A stretch of DNA of 60,025 nucleotides, filler included, from Bipalium vagum (Eukaryota), in assembly GCA_037834085.1 (NCBI GenBank). It is 3 parts of 3 records of this genome, joined end to end, with 100 filler letters (N's around TTAATTAATTAA, not from the genome) between each part and the next. Parts side by side here need not be neighbours in the genome. Positions count along the whole stretch, not along the records: positions 19,332 to 42,022 come from JBBMKC010218241.1; positions 42,123 to 60,025 come from JBBMKC010042372.1; 1 more part is not named here. The stretch is one strand, 5' to 3'. The position numbers were made by a program, and so were the translations under genes. The notes below the pieces were generated by a model, which did not search any database, was not told where the DNA came from, and was given only the letters and a program-made list of their open reading frames with translations. Shown one piece after another: positions 34,638 through 46,680 of this stretch (the first letter of the stretch is position 1; each line of letters opens with the position of its first letter).

Positions 34638-34896
34638 TAAGCCTTGAAATAATATCACCATTGTGCTCAGAGAAGTTATTTGTCGTAAATAAACTTTGTA
34701 AGATTTTTTATCAGAGAACTTGTCTTTTCTCTCTTATTCAATTTAATTCTTGATTACTTCATACAAAAATTACTTCATTCTCTACTGGATTGTAAATTAA
34801 CCATATCATGCGCTATTCAATTTAGACTTTGTCAAAAATGGTTATATTTCACATATCTGAATTTCTTTAATCCTTGCACTTATTTCATAACCTACC

Positions 34897-36010
34897 TATT
34901 AGGTATCCAAGAGTAATTGCGGTAATTAATCATATACCTCAAAACTTTATAACTTTTTTACAAATTAATTTTAATAAACAAAATTTTCATCTAAATCAGC
35001 AATTTTATTAACAAGTTTACATATACCAGTACGATAACAATCTGAATTAAAAAGGTTTACAATATCATCTTTTAAAGAATCAATAAGCATAAAAACAAAT
35101 AATCACAAGAGGACATGTTTGGGTGAGATAAGGAGTTTCAATTTTTAATTCTTAGTGTTTCTTGAGCAAGTTTTGAAGTGTGTGATCTGTTGTCCTGTAA
35201 CAATGGGACAGGCGAAGGTTGCATATTTATCAATTTTGATAAAGCACGCCCTATCTGATAATAGTAAACTTTGTCATTAATTGTTTGATTAGTTTTTAAA
35301 TACTTAACATGAATAATTCCACGTGAGCTTCACCAAACCCCATCAAAAATTTTTTTTAGGATAAATCTCTTGTATCGGGCTTATTCCAGGCTTTGATCCT
35401 TTAAATTTCCATCAATTTATTCGCTTGGAATTGTTATATTAAACCAATTTTTCATGGACTGTTAGAATATTGTCCAAAAACGCCTCAACATTATGCCCTG
35501 AAAGCAATGAATTGAAAATTCATAATAGTGCTTGGATATTCTGAAAGCTCAACACGTGGTATCCATTTTTTCCAAGAGATTTCAGACGTATTCTTACAGA
35601 TTCAAGAATTGCAAATGAGTTCTTTTGACAATTCTAAACACCGGTATAGTTGGATTTTGAGAAAGCTCTTGAAGCAGCTCATCATCATTTAACTTTTTTG
35701 GCCATTTTCATCTTAAACTATTTCTTTCCTGATTTGAAACGTTGAAACCAAAAGTGGACCGTTCTCTGTTTTACAACATTATCTCCATAAAAACCATTAA
35801 TTCTTTTAGCCGATTCTGCTGCTTTAAAACCAAGTTTGAAGTCATACAATAAAAAGTAGCGATATTTTTTTAAAATACTTACTAAATGTCAAATATTGAT
35901 ACAATCTACTTTTAATGATACAAAAATTAACTTAATATTTTGTAAATCTTAAAATTTTAATTTAAAGTTCAAGTCTTTAGAAAACCACAACTACTTTTTT
36001 GAATGCTTGA
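34897..36010 (-). mobile_element. mariner relic with degenerate TIRs
   Basis: TIR tattaggtatccaagagtaattgcgg at 34897; RYFLLYDFKLGFKAAESAKRINGFYG...TVHFWFQRFKSG; LLQDNRSH. Confidence 0.85.
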
Positions 36011-36089
36011 TTTTGATATATGATATATTAATATTAATTTATTTTATTTGATATTATTTTCTTGACAACTGCTATCTTTTATCAACTTC

Positions 36090-36310
36090 ACTACTATCTG
36101 TAATAATAAATTTCATGATCTCCATGGGAATGTAATACTGGCTTAAAATTTATACCAATTGTAAATGTCTCCTTATTGATTGTCTTTGACATCATGTCAT
36201 TGGAGATTAAGTGCATTTTTATTTTGCAGGTTTATCGTAAAGATCATTGGCTAATTCAACTTCAAAAGGTAAGTTTTGGTAAAGGGGTACACCTTATAAT
36301 ATTGGAGATT
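36090..36310 (-). mobile_element. Possible Helitron PIF1-helicase C-terminal remnant
   Basis: LPFE ... KTINKETFTIGINFKPVLHSHG loosely resembles LPF...AMTINKSQGQT...VG....PVFSHGQLY. Confidence 0.3.
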
Positions 36311-38799
36311 TAAAAAGTATTCTTTGATACAAACCACTGAAACTTGGAGAAAGAAATACTGACAGTCATCAAAATGAGCAGATTTGGGTGTCAGATATGG
36401 GAGGGTTATTTTAAAATTACACTTCTAAAAATTTTCCATATATAAACTTGTAAAAGAAATTTCAAATACTGAAGGAAATTTAAAAGGATTTGAATATTTT
36501 GTGGGAAGTGGAATTAGGATAAGTATTTTTCAAATAATAAATATTACCAAATATTAATGCATACAAGAATTGAGTACAGAGACCAAAAAACTATTTAATT
36601 TTGGTCTCATTTAAAAAATTTCCTTTTTTAAAAAATATAAACGTATTAAAATTTTAAGTTTCAACCCATTCAAGGTTTATTTGTACATTTATAATTCAAT
36701 CACACATCTTTTTTCATATTTTAACAAGTAATTGTATGAAAGAGATAGGATATTCATTTAAGTATGTTGATAAAAGGTCTATTAATAAAGTTTAAAAGTA
36801 ATTATAACTGAATGAAATTGAACTAAGAAAATCATGGAAATAACAAGTTATTTCAGTATCAAATACTAAAATTATTCTACCAGTAAAAATAATCTTAATT
36901 AACCTTAACAACAGTAGCCATCAATGTGTTAAGATCCTAAAAGTTGGGTTGATGTTAAAAGTGGAGCTTATTATGCTTAGGTCTTAACGTGTGAAGATTG
37001 CTTAATTTTGTATTCGGTTATGATTATTTAAATTAACTGAGAGAATCAACTTTAATACTTTTATTTTGTTTAAAATAAAGTTTTAAATTTACAAATAGGT
37101 GATATCGATTTTGACTGATTGATTTGATTTTATTAATTGTATTTATTATTTAGGAAAAATCCTCTCGCTCTTAGGTTCAGAGGTCCTCGATTTAGAAGAA
37201 AAATATATCTCACTGCCCTACTTAGGGTGTGAAATATGAACAGTAAAAAGAAAAAGTTATAAGGAGCGGAAAGGTGAAAAAATTAGATAATCCCCAGGTC
37301 CTGGCCTGGGTATTTACTTATTTATTATGGACAAACTGTGTCTTGTCTAACAAGACACACCTGTTTAATTAAATAAAAAGAAATATCAAATGGTTTATTA
37401 TTTTTACTGACAATCGAGGCTAGTCTTGTGAATTGTTAGTTCTAAGCTAGTTTTTATTATGGTTATTATTATTGAAATTTTAGATATAACAATATTATAA
37501 TAACAAACTTTATTACACTGGTGCAACATATTGTAAAATTATTGTAATTTCTAAGAGATAGGATTATATAAAATAATTATCAAATTAAGCGTTACTTTAA
37601 TACTACTGATATTAATTTTATATCTACCAAATTTGTTATAGAAATATAACAAGTTATTAACAATAATAAAAATATCAAAATTTACTATTTCAAAAGCATA
37701 AACAATATATTCTTTTTCTCTTGATTCGCGCTTTGCCTTTCGTTTGATGTCTGTGGTGTTCTTTCTTTATTTACGTTTTCTCTTCTTCTTTTAGTTTTGC
37801 TTTTGTTTTTAACCGGCTGGTCTTAATCCTTTATATAATTGAACTGCGTGGTATCTTGGCTTTGATGTAGGACCTTCTATGAATAACGGCCCTTGCTAGT
37901 AAAGTTAGTTGATTTAGAATTGATGTTATGGTCTGCTGTAGGTTGGAATGACTGTAGGCTTTGACTTAAATTTTCTCTTATGGTTTAACTGGTCACGAAC
38001 TGTAGGCTTTGGTTTAAATCTTCTGTCGTGCTCCAACTGGTAATGAACTGTACTTGTCAGATCTATATTATTTTTTTTCTGCCTTCTTGTATTTTTTGTT
38101 TTCTTTTATACTGTTTTTTTACCTTCTCTTCTATAATCAGTAACTTTACTTTCCCTAATATAATTCTGCTATCCTTCTTTTTTCTATTTTTACCATTCTT
38201 AGTTCCCAATATAAAAAATTTCATCTATTTTTTCTATTATTAGTAACTTGATGTTACTTTATTATAAAATTTATTATTATTATTATTTATTATTATTATT
38301 ATTTATTATTATACAATTTCTAAATTAATATTCAATATTTTGTTTTGGTTTTTAAGGTCAACCAGAAAATTTTTGTTTAAATGTGGTAGTTGTTGCATAT
38401 TTTAAAAGAAAGGTTTTAAAGGGAAAGTAAATACTGTTTTGTTACAAGAACAATTTATGGAAATAAAATTTAAACAAATTAAATTGTTTAATATTGAAAC
38501 AAACGTAAGAGTGAGTTTGAAACATTGGATTTTTGAAATTTACACTTTTTATATTTTGTGAGAAGCTATTGTTTCCAAGGTATTTTTATATTTTAACCAT
38601 ATTTTATATTTTATTCTAATTTAATTTTAAGAGGAAGAAATATTATTATATTTGTAAAATTTATATTTAAAAATCTGATAAAAAAGATATGAAAAAACAC
38701 AAATGCATTTAAATAAAAAATATAAAAAAGAAGGAAGGATGAATGGACAAATGAAAAGATTACGAAAATAAAAAAATTGAAAAGAAGTATGAGGTTTTG

Positions 38800-39165
38800 T
38801 TGAAGAATAATTACTCCATGAGATAATGATTTTTTTCAAGGCGAATTGACAATATCACCTTTTCCATTATACAAATCTCTATTTATCAATATTAGCTATA
38901 TCTTTTTTTATAATCTTAAAATTTTTTCATTAATCCAATTATTCTTTCTAGAGTTAGTATAATACACAAATTTTTTTTGAACCAAGAAATAATTCATAAA
39001 TAATTCCTCCATCTCCATCTCGATAATCATGTTTTTCCTTTTTCCGTATTTATTAACATCAACAAATTTTCTTCAACTCCCATTTTGGAACATTCTCTTC
39101 ATCGACTTCCCCTTTGTATTGACCATAGCACAACTTCGTTGTTGTTTTGTTTTTGATTCCATCTT
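38800..39165 (-). pseudogene. Possible MORN-repeat pseudogene fragment
   Basis: YGQYKGEVDEENVP, then after frameshifts KFVDV and RDGDGGIIY, resembling Y.G.....P.G.G MORN units. Confidence 0.3.
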
Positions 39166-39689
39166 TAATCTAATAATGCCAAAATCAGTCTATAATACGT
39201 TCTTTATTTAATCTTAACAAGTTGACATTGTCGAGATTAGAAAAAAATCTAAAATTTAATTATTTCTTTTATTATTATTATTACTATTATGTACTTTATT
39301 AATTATTAATTGAAATTATTTAATTATTGGAATTTTATTCTTATTATTATTGTTATAATCATTGACAATGATTATTAACACGTCTATGATTAGTCAGACT
39401 CTATTGCGGTTTTCAAACATTACGATATCATGAATGTGTCTTGGTGAACTCAATAATATATTATGTACAGAAATACTTAATCTTATATTGTAGGATTGAC
39501 TTTAATGACTATTATTTTCTCTTACAAAAACGTTTTGCTTAAATAATCTAGATCGAGTAATAAAACTTGATATCTAAAATTATTTCATCGATTATTTTTG
39601 TATGTATCATATAAATTCTTAATAAAAATTATGCAAGGATAAATATCAAATTTGGACCTGCCTTCTTTACGATTTCAAAGTTGATCTGA

Positions 39690-40358
39690 ATGCTACAGAA
39701 TCAGTAAAATGAATTAATATTATGTACCATAAAAATTCAAGACGCCTAATGATGGTTCAAAAGGTCTCGTAAAGGAAATAAGAACCTTGAAGACAATCAT
39801 AGGGGTGTACCATCATTTTTCTCTAAAAATCAGCCTTAAATAAGCTAGTCGTGAGTGGACCCAGCCAGATGTGGTGAAATAGCGGAGCGTCAAAAGCTCG
39901 ATTACTTAACTGTACACAAACGAGCTCATGAACTCAGTTACACTAAAAATATTTTTCGGTGAGTTCCTCACCAACTTAGATTTGCAAACAAAATGATACG
40001 GCTCAATATCTGCTCAATTCTGCTTCGTCACATGTAGGTGCCTTTTTGAAAATATATCATTACATGTGATGAGAAATGGGTACTGCATGGCAACTTTCAC
40101 TGATCCTCATCTTGGGTTAAAAGCAATAGCTTTCCAGGAATATTTTTAAAAAAGAATTACACCCAACCAAAACTTTAATCATAGTATGATGGAAATATAA
40201 AGAGATTATTCACATCCACACCAGACAATTAAAGCAGACATAAACTGTGCTAAAATTGACAAAATCCAATCAAAAACTGAGCATAACCTAGTCAATTGAA
40301 ATTTGTCCGATTGAAACTCTTGGTGAAAAAACGACATTAAGTTTTCCGGTTCCTAATA
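39690..40358 (+). mobile_element. mariner relic
   Basis: VPHQL...IRLNICS, IITCDEKWVL; right end ...ttttccggttcctaata. Confidence 0.8.
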
Positions 40359-40542
40359 CATAATTTTTTAGGACAGAAAACTTAATAATGCTTAAAACTT
40401 TTCATGTTTTTTACTTAATGTTAGTTGTAAAATTTTGTTATTTAATTCCAAAAACTTCGATTTTAACTAAAGCTGCCAAAGAAGACAAGTTTTATTTTAT
40501 CATTTATTATTCTCCCAAACAAAATACAAATTAATGTTTACA

Positions 40543-41815
40543 TATTAGATTAACATAATTTTTCGTGATTTTTTACAATATATAAAATGAAGTACTTAAA
40601 ACAGTTTATTTAAGAATAATAATGAAAATAATTCGATAATATAATTTCCGTTATTGTTTAGAACTTTCTTCCATCTTTCCACCAATTTGTCGAAACCTTT
40701 ATTCCAGAAATTGATAGATTTACTCTGAAAGAAATTTGTGACCAAAATTTTAAGATCGTCCTCGTTTTGATAAGTAATTCCTTTCATTTGCTTTGACAAC
40801 GAGCGGAAAAGATAAAAATCAGTTGGTGCAAGATCCGGAGAATACTCAAAGTGTGGAAGAACCTTCCAATCGAGCTCTTGGAGGGCGGTTTTGGTAATAT
40901 TTGCTGTGTGCGGCCTGGTGTTATCATAGAGAAGAATCACTTTGGCTCGTTTATACTGGTATTTCACTTTAATAATGTCTTTCACTCGTCGCAATTGGTT
41001 TATGTGTAGGAGCTTGTCAAATGTCTTGCTTTTTGGGACCATTCTAATTCCACCAAACACATATAATAAACTCATAATTTTTTTGGATGCAATTCTGGTT
41101 TAATTCTGGACATACCTATGCAACCAGAAGCTACCCACTGCTTCCTATACTTTAAGTTTGTATACAGACATAATTTTTCATCCCATGTTATGATTGGATG
41201 AAGAATCTTTGTGATCATTGCTCAGTGTCTGGCAAGATTTTGAGTACCGATTTTTAAACGACTTTCGCTGATTTTTTCATTTAGCCGACTTTTTTTCACA
41301 GGAACCAATTTTTTGACAATAACCATTGGATTTTAGGTGACGGGAGACTATCATTGGAATTCTGTTCATCTTTTGTTACAATTTCCTGCATGTTTGACGA
41401 TCGTCCACTTCCACCAATTTGATCAAATTGGATGGACGACCGGTATTTGGCGTGTTCTGAAACTCAAATGTGCTATTTTCAAATTTATTATATAAATATT
41501 TTGCAGTTGTCCAGACTAAAACATTTTTTCCGTATACTCGGCAGATTTCTTTCACAGCTTCTGCCACTTTGTTACATCGACTAAAATAGAATAATAACAG
41601 GTGTCGAAAATGATACTTTTGATCAATTTGTTTTTTCATTTCAAACCTGTGGATTTTTAAAAAAAAATTAAATGATATATCAAAATATTTACTATAATTT
41701 TGTTAATAATTAAAATAGATTTAAAAAAAATGTATTTACTAATAAATAAATATAATCTGGTTAAACAAAAACTGTAATACATTAAATTCACGAAAAATTA
41801 TGTTGCAACCTAATA
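40543..41815 (-). mobile_element. Near full-length mariner (frameshifted transposase) with TIRs
   Basis: TIRs ttagattaacataatttttcgtga / tcacgaaaaattatgttgcaacctaa with TA flanks; ORFs 41376-41639 (HTH) and 40596-41075 (YDNTRPH...YSPDLAPTD, D34D spacing). Confidence 0.93.
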
Positions 41816-42022
41816 TTTATAAAAGGTATATATTTCAGTTTTATGCATTTTCTTTAAAGATTAATATTAATAACACAAGATGTATATATTTTGCGATCTG
41901 TCTTAAGGTTTTTATCCTTTTCTACATACATCTTCTTAGAAGGAACTTTTTTATTATTATCTGTACTAAAATAATTATAATTATAAAATCTAAATGAACC
42001 AATAATTTATTTATATATTACA

Positions 42023-42122
42023 NNNNNNNNNNNNNNNNNNNNNNNNNNNNNNNNNNNNNNNNNNNNTTAATTAATTAANNNNNNNNNNNNNNNNNNNNNN
42101 NNNNNNNNNNNNNNNNNNNNNN
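42023..42122. other. Artificial scaffold linker (44 N + TTAATTAATTAA + 44 N)
   Basis: Same structure as 19232-19331. Confidence 0.95.
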
Positions 42123-43289
42123 TTTTATATTATATTATTATTGTTTTAAATATTGTTATTTTTGTTACGATTAATAATTTTAATTGTATTTTGTTATTAT
42201 TAGTTAAACAAATATTTTTGATTTTATTAATATTAATAACAAAAATGAAAAGAGATTTGCAAGAAACTATTATTGATAACAGTTAAAATGAATATTACCA
42301 ATTAAAATATTTTTAGATTAATGAGATATTTTATAAATTAATGGATACATTAAATATTGATGTAATAATTACAATCGATATCATCAATGAGACCGATGGT
42401 TTATTTCTGTGGAAAAATATTTCCATTAATTAATCAAGCTGGGAAAAATAAAATTCAGTAACATTAATTGAAAAAAAGTAATTATTTAACTTATTGATTT
42501 TTAATATTACAAGTTTTATTAACAGGTTGCGATGAGTGTCTCAACAAATAAATTTAGAAAACTTTAAATGAAATGAAATTAATTAATTAATTAATATTTT
42601 TTAATACTTTGATTAATTCATAAAATAATGATTTTAAATCATTAAAGAAAACGGGATTATGTCATTGAATAATTTTTACTAACATTTCCAATAAATCAAA
42701 AATAAATAAATAAATAAATCAATTTTCACTTTTATCAATGATAACCAAGAAGAAATTAAGCCTAACATTTGAAAGGGAAAAAATAAAATTATAAATAGTA
42801 AAAGAAACTTTCCTAAAAGAAAAATGAAATATTTTACAATAAATTTTGCTTTCCTTTTGACAGATTTAATGACGCAGACTTTTTTGGAGGAAATTAAACT
42901 CGTTTTTCATTTCAAAAGATGAAATTTTTTCATTTTAATTTTTAATTAAATTTCTTTCAATTGTTATCATAATTTATTCCCTTTTCGGAATGATGTCATT
43001 TTTGAAGATTTCCAATATCGTCCTTTCTTGTCCAAACAATCTCAAAAATGGAACTGATGTTCGTATTTATTAATCTTGTTTCACAATTTTTTACATTTTG
43101 TAATAAATTTACGTATTTCTCTTTTGATACGTAAATATGATGTTGACAATCCCCATCTTTGTTAGAATAAATTTATTATTACCAATGTTAAGAATTAATT
43201 ACGAGAGTACAAATATTATTTACAATTAATTAATTTAAGTATAATCAATAATAAAACAAAAATGGATCAAAAATAAAGCCCAAAGAAGC

Positions 43290-43520
43290 CCTCATAGGAC
43301 TAGTGCAAGACTGTTTCAATGAAAGGGATGTATTTTCTTCAAAAAAGGTTTCTTCAATGGTAGATCGATGGACGAAGTGTCTCGTAGCAAAGGGTGGTTA
43401 TATAAAAATTACTTCTGTTTTTACATTACATTTTACAGTTCATTTGTCGTAAATAAAGTTTATTTTTGTTCAATTCAGATTCTGTACGTGTCCAAAAGAC
43501 ATTTTATCGAGTCCACGTTT
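43290..43520 (+). mobile_element. mariner 3' end fragment
   Basis: MVDRWTKCLVAKGGYIK (cf. RW.KC....G.Y). Confidence 0.6.
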
Positions 43521-43562
43521 TTATAATTTCAGAAAATATATTATCTTATTTATTAATAATTA

Positions 43563-43565
<3 letters not shown>

Positions 43566-43613
<48 letters not shown>
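43566..43613. repeat. (TAA)n microsatellite
   Basis: Direct inspection. Confidence 0.9.
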
Positions 43614-43614
<1 letters not shown>

Positions 43615-44370
43615 TGATATGTAAAATGATATAAACTATCTCTCTACAGTCAAAACCTGTAATTGAGGTAATCACAGCATGGCTAAGAATTTAGAGATTA
43701 AACAATTTTTCAATAATTTCTCAATTTATATCAATAATATTAATTTATAAAACAGTTTCATGTTTTTCTTATTGTTAAATTTTCCAATTTTTAATTTGTC
43801 ATTTGAAAGGTCTCACCATTTTTATTGAGAATTACTTTGTGAATTACTTGAAAGTCTTGAATTATTATTTAACATTAATAACTTACATGTTACTAATGTA
43901 ATATTTTTTTGTTTTAATATTTATTTATTTAAAATTGATTTTTAGTGATTTATAATAAGGATGATAAAAAATAAAGATAAAAGACAAGATCTACCATAAT
44001 ATGTTATCAAAATTTAGGTTTTTATGATTTTGGTATTTGGATAAATAAATTGCCCAATACAGAGTTAAACTTTCTCACTTGACTTTGGTCTTCGGAATTA
44101 TTTAGTCTACTATTAAATATGTTCTTCGAAGGCTTACATTACTCGTCCAATTGTGAAAAAACAAGACTTTTGATCAAAATTAATGGTAAGTATAAACACG
44201 ATTACAATTTTTATGATTCTTTGAGTAGAAATTTTTATTTTTTTATCAAACGATATTGATTAGTACCAACAGAAGATCGAGTAATAATACAAATATATAT
44301 ACTAAATAATATATCTTATAGGCATAATCGATTTGATACAAGTGTTTTGTTAAGCATTAAGCATTGCTTC

Positions 44371-44627
44371 TACAGTGCCTGGCCATTGAAATAGACTCAA
44401 GTATTATTTTACAAACAATTGTATAACCATAAAGCACAAGTTAACACCGGCCATGATAAAGAAGAGACTAGTTTGGGGACTAAAATACAAACACTACGAA
44501 GAGACACCTTGTTCAAAAGTAAAGAAAAATTAATTTCTACAAAACGGTTTTCATTAAATTGGTTTAATTTCTTACGTCAAAAAAACGTATTTTTTGTTTG
44601 AGTCTATTTCAATGGCCAGATACTGTA
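44371..44627. mobile_element. Tc1-type MITE with 30-bp TIRs (including TA), inserted in a mariner relic
   Basis: tacagtgcctggccattgaaatagactcaa / ttgagtctatttcaatggccagatactgta (28/30 match). Confidence 0.9.
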
Positions 44628-44890
44628 AATCACAACTTCTAGATGATGATTCATATTTAAGATCGTTGAGCAAGTCCTCATTATCCAACTGCAATGATCG
44701 ATCTTAACTAGGTTTTTCCAAACTAAGCTAAGCAGTTTTGAAACTTTTGTATCTTCGAGATACAGTTGTACCGCGGACAGTCTCTTCACCTTCAGTATCA
44801 CATATTTCTTTTGCAGCTTCTCTAATAGAAAGTCCGCGCTTTAAAAATAGCGAATAAGAATTTGCAATTCATTTCCACGTTTTTATTCTC
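44628..44890 (-). mobile_element. mariner N-terminal fragment
   Basis: RGLSIREAAKEICDTEGEETV...; interrupted by the MITE. Confidence 0.7.
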
Positions 44891-46224
44891 AATTGTTGAA
44901 ATTCGTTTATTTAAAAACTTCATTAATTAAATATTTAAATATAATAAAACTTTAAAAAAGATATTTATGGATTGCAATCATCGTGATGTTAAAATGTTTT
45001 TCTGTTCAATCTTCTTTACTAAGCTTCATAAGTATCTGATTTCAGAACCAAATAAATAAGTACATTAGTAAAGTAATGTAAAATGTTATTGGATAATATT
45101 ATATATTAATAGAAAAGTTCAACAAAAAGAAAAAGATCATTTTTTAAAAATATCTACGTAATATCACATAATAATAAGATGATAGAACAGGGCTGGGCTT
45201 AGTTATAATTGAAAGATAGATATATTTTTGATAAGAAAATTTTAAAGTATATTTGTCTAAATAATCATATCTTAGACAAATTATTAAAAATAATATTAAA
45301 GGAAAAATCAGAAAAAAATGTCTCCTAATATTTTCATTGCTATGGCTTCAGTAACAACAAATATTTATGAGGAATTTGTTCGTTAAAGAAGAATATTCTG
45401 AAATGATAATATAGAATGTAGATTTTCCACCATTTATTTCTTCATCACATTTCTCAATTGATTTTTTCATATTAAAATTGAAAGGTTTCTCGAATTAATA
45501 AATGGCTCGGGGCTGTGTTTTAGATGATAGTTTAATGCCAAAATTTTGTTAGGATTATTGAAGGACATAAAATATAAATAAATAATTTTCCAACCAGCTG
45601 CTGAATTCTCAGCAATAAAATCATAATCATCATTTTAAAATAAGACCCCATCCAAAAGTGATCAAATATATTATTTCTATTTGAAAGTGACCGAATGTTT
45701 TTGATGTTGATCCGCTTTCTCACTGATTGGGTCTGGTTAAAAAAGAAATGTAAATATTGAGAACTCTTATCTAACACTATAACATGACAGGTTTTCTGTC
45801 ATTTAAAAAAGTGGAATCCGGCTATATCAGGACGTGATATAATTTTTTTGTTTTATTATTTTAACACAAACTCGAACAGAATTACATTATATATATATAT
45901 ATATATATTAACTGTATCTACTTTTACAGGTGGAAATTCAAAACTTGAGAATTTCTATGAAGGCCATATCATCGGAAATTATTTATACTCATGGTTTTCT
46001 TTAAAAAATAAGGAAACTGAAACAAGTGATACTTTAAAAGATATTAAGTCATTAAGTATAAAATTTCGGATTTGAAAAAATCTGTAGTTTGACATTGGAT
46101 AATTAAAATAATTTAACTCAAGAGTTATTTGATTTTGTTTTACTGCATAAGTAATTAATTTTTAGAGCGCATACTTAAATATCTGATTATGTTAAACATT
46201 GGCATTCTTAGAGCAACTTTTCTA

Positions 46225-46680
46225 AACAATGGATATTTCAAAAATTCCTGTCATTTTTGAAAAGGAGTTCCGCCGTGGAACTCATGCAAAGCAAGCGGTT
46301 CGAATTATGAGTGATATGTTTAGGAGCAAGGTCGTCAATGAACGAGTGGTTTAGTGATGGTCTCAAAAGTTTTTTGTTGGAGATTTCTGTCTTCAAAATA
46401 CCCAACGTGTTCAACCTGAGACGAATGTAACTCAAGCTAACCTGAAAGTTATAGTGGACAAGGATCCATCTCAAAGTACTCAGGATTTAGCGCTGAAATT
46501 CAATGTATCCATCCCTGCAATAATTGATCATTGGCAACAAATGAAAAAGGTTAAGAATCTTGACTGACAAATTATGCGAATATGAGAAAAAAAAATTCTT
46601 TGTTGTTTCAACAAAAGGCAAATTATTTCTTCAACGTATCGTGTATTGTGACGAAAAATGGACTTGTCAATCGAGGTAAA
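46225..46680 (+). mobile_element. mariner relic
   Basis: LKVIVDKDPSQSTQDLALKFNVSIPAIIDH..QMKKVK; FLQRIVYCDEKW. Confidence 0.8.
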
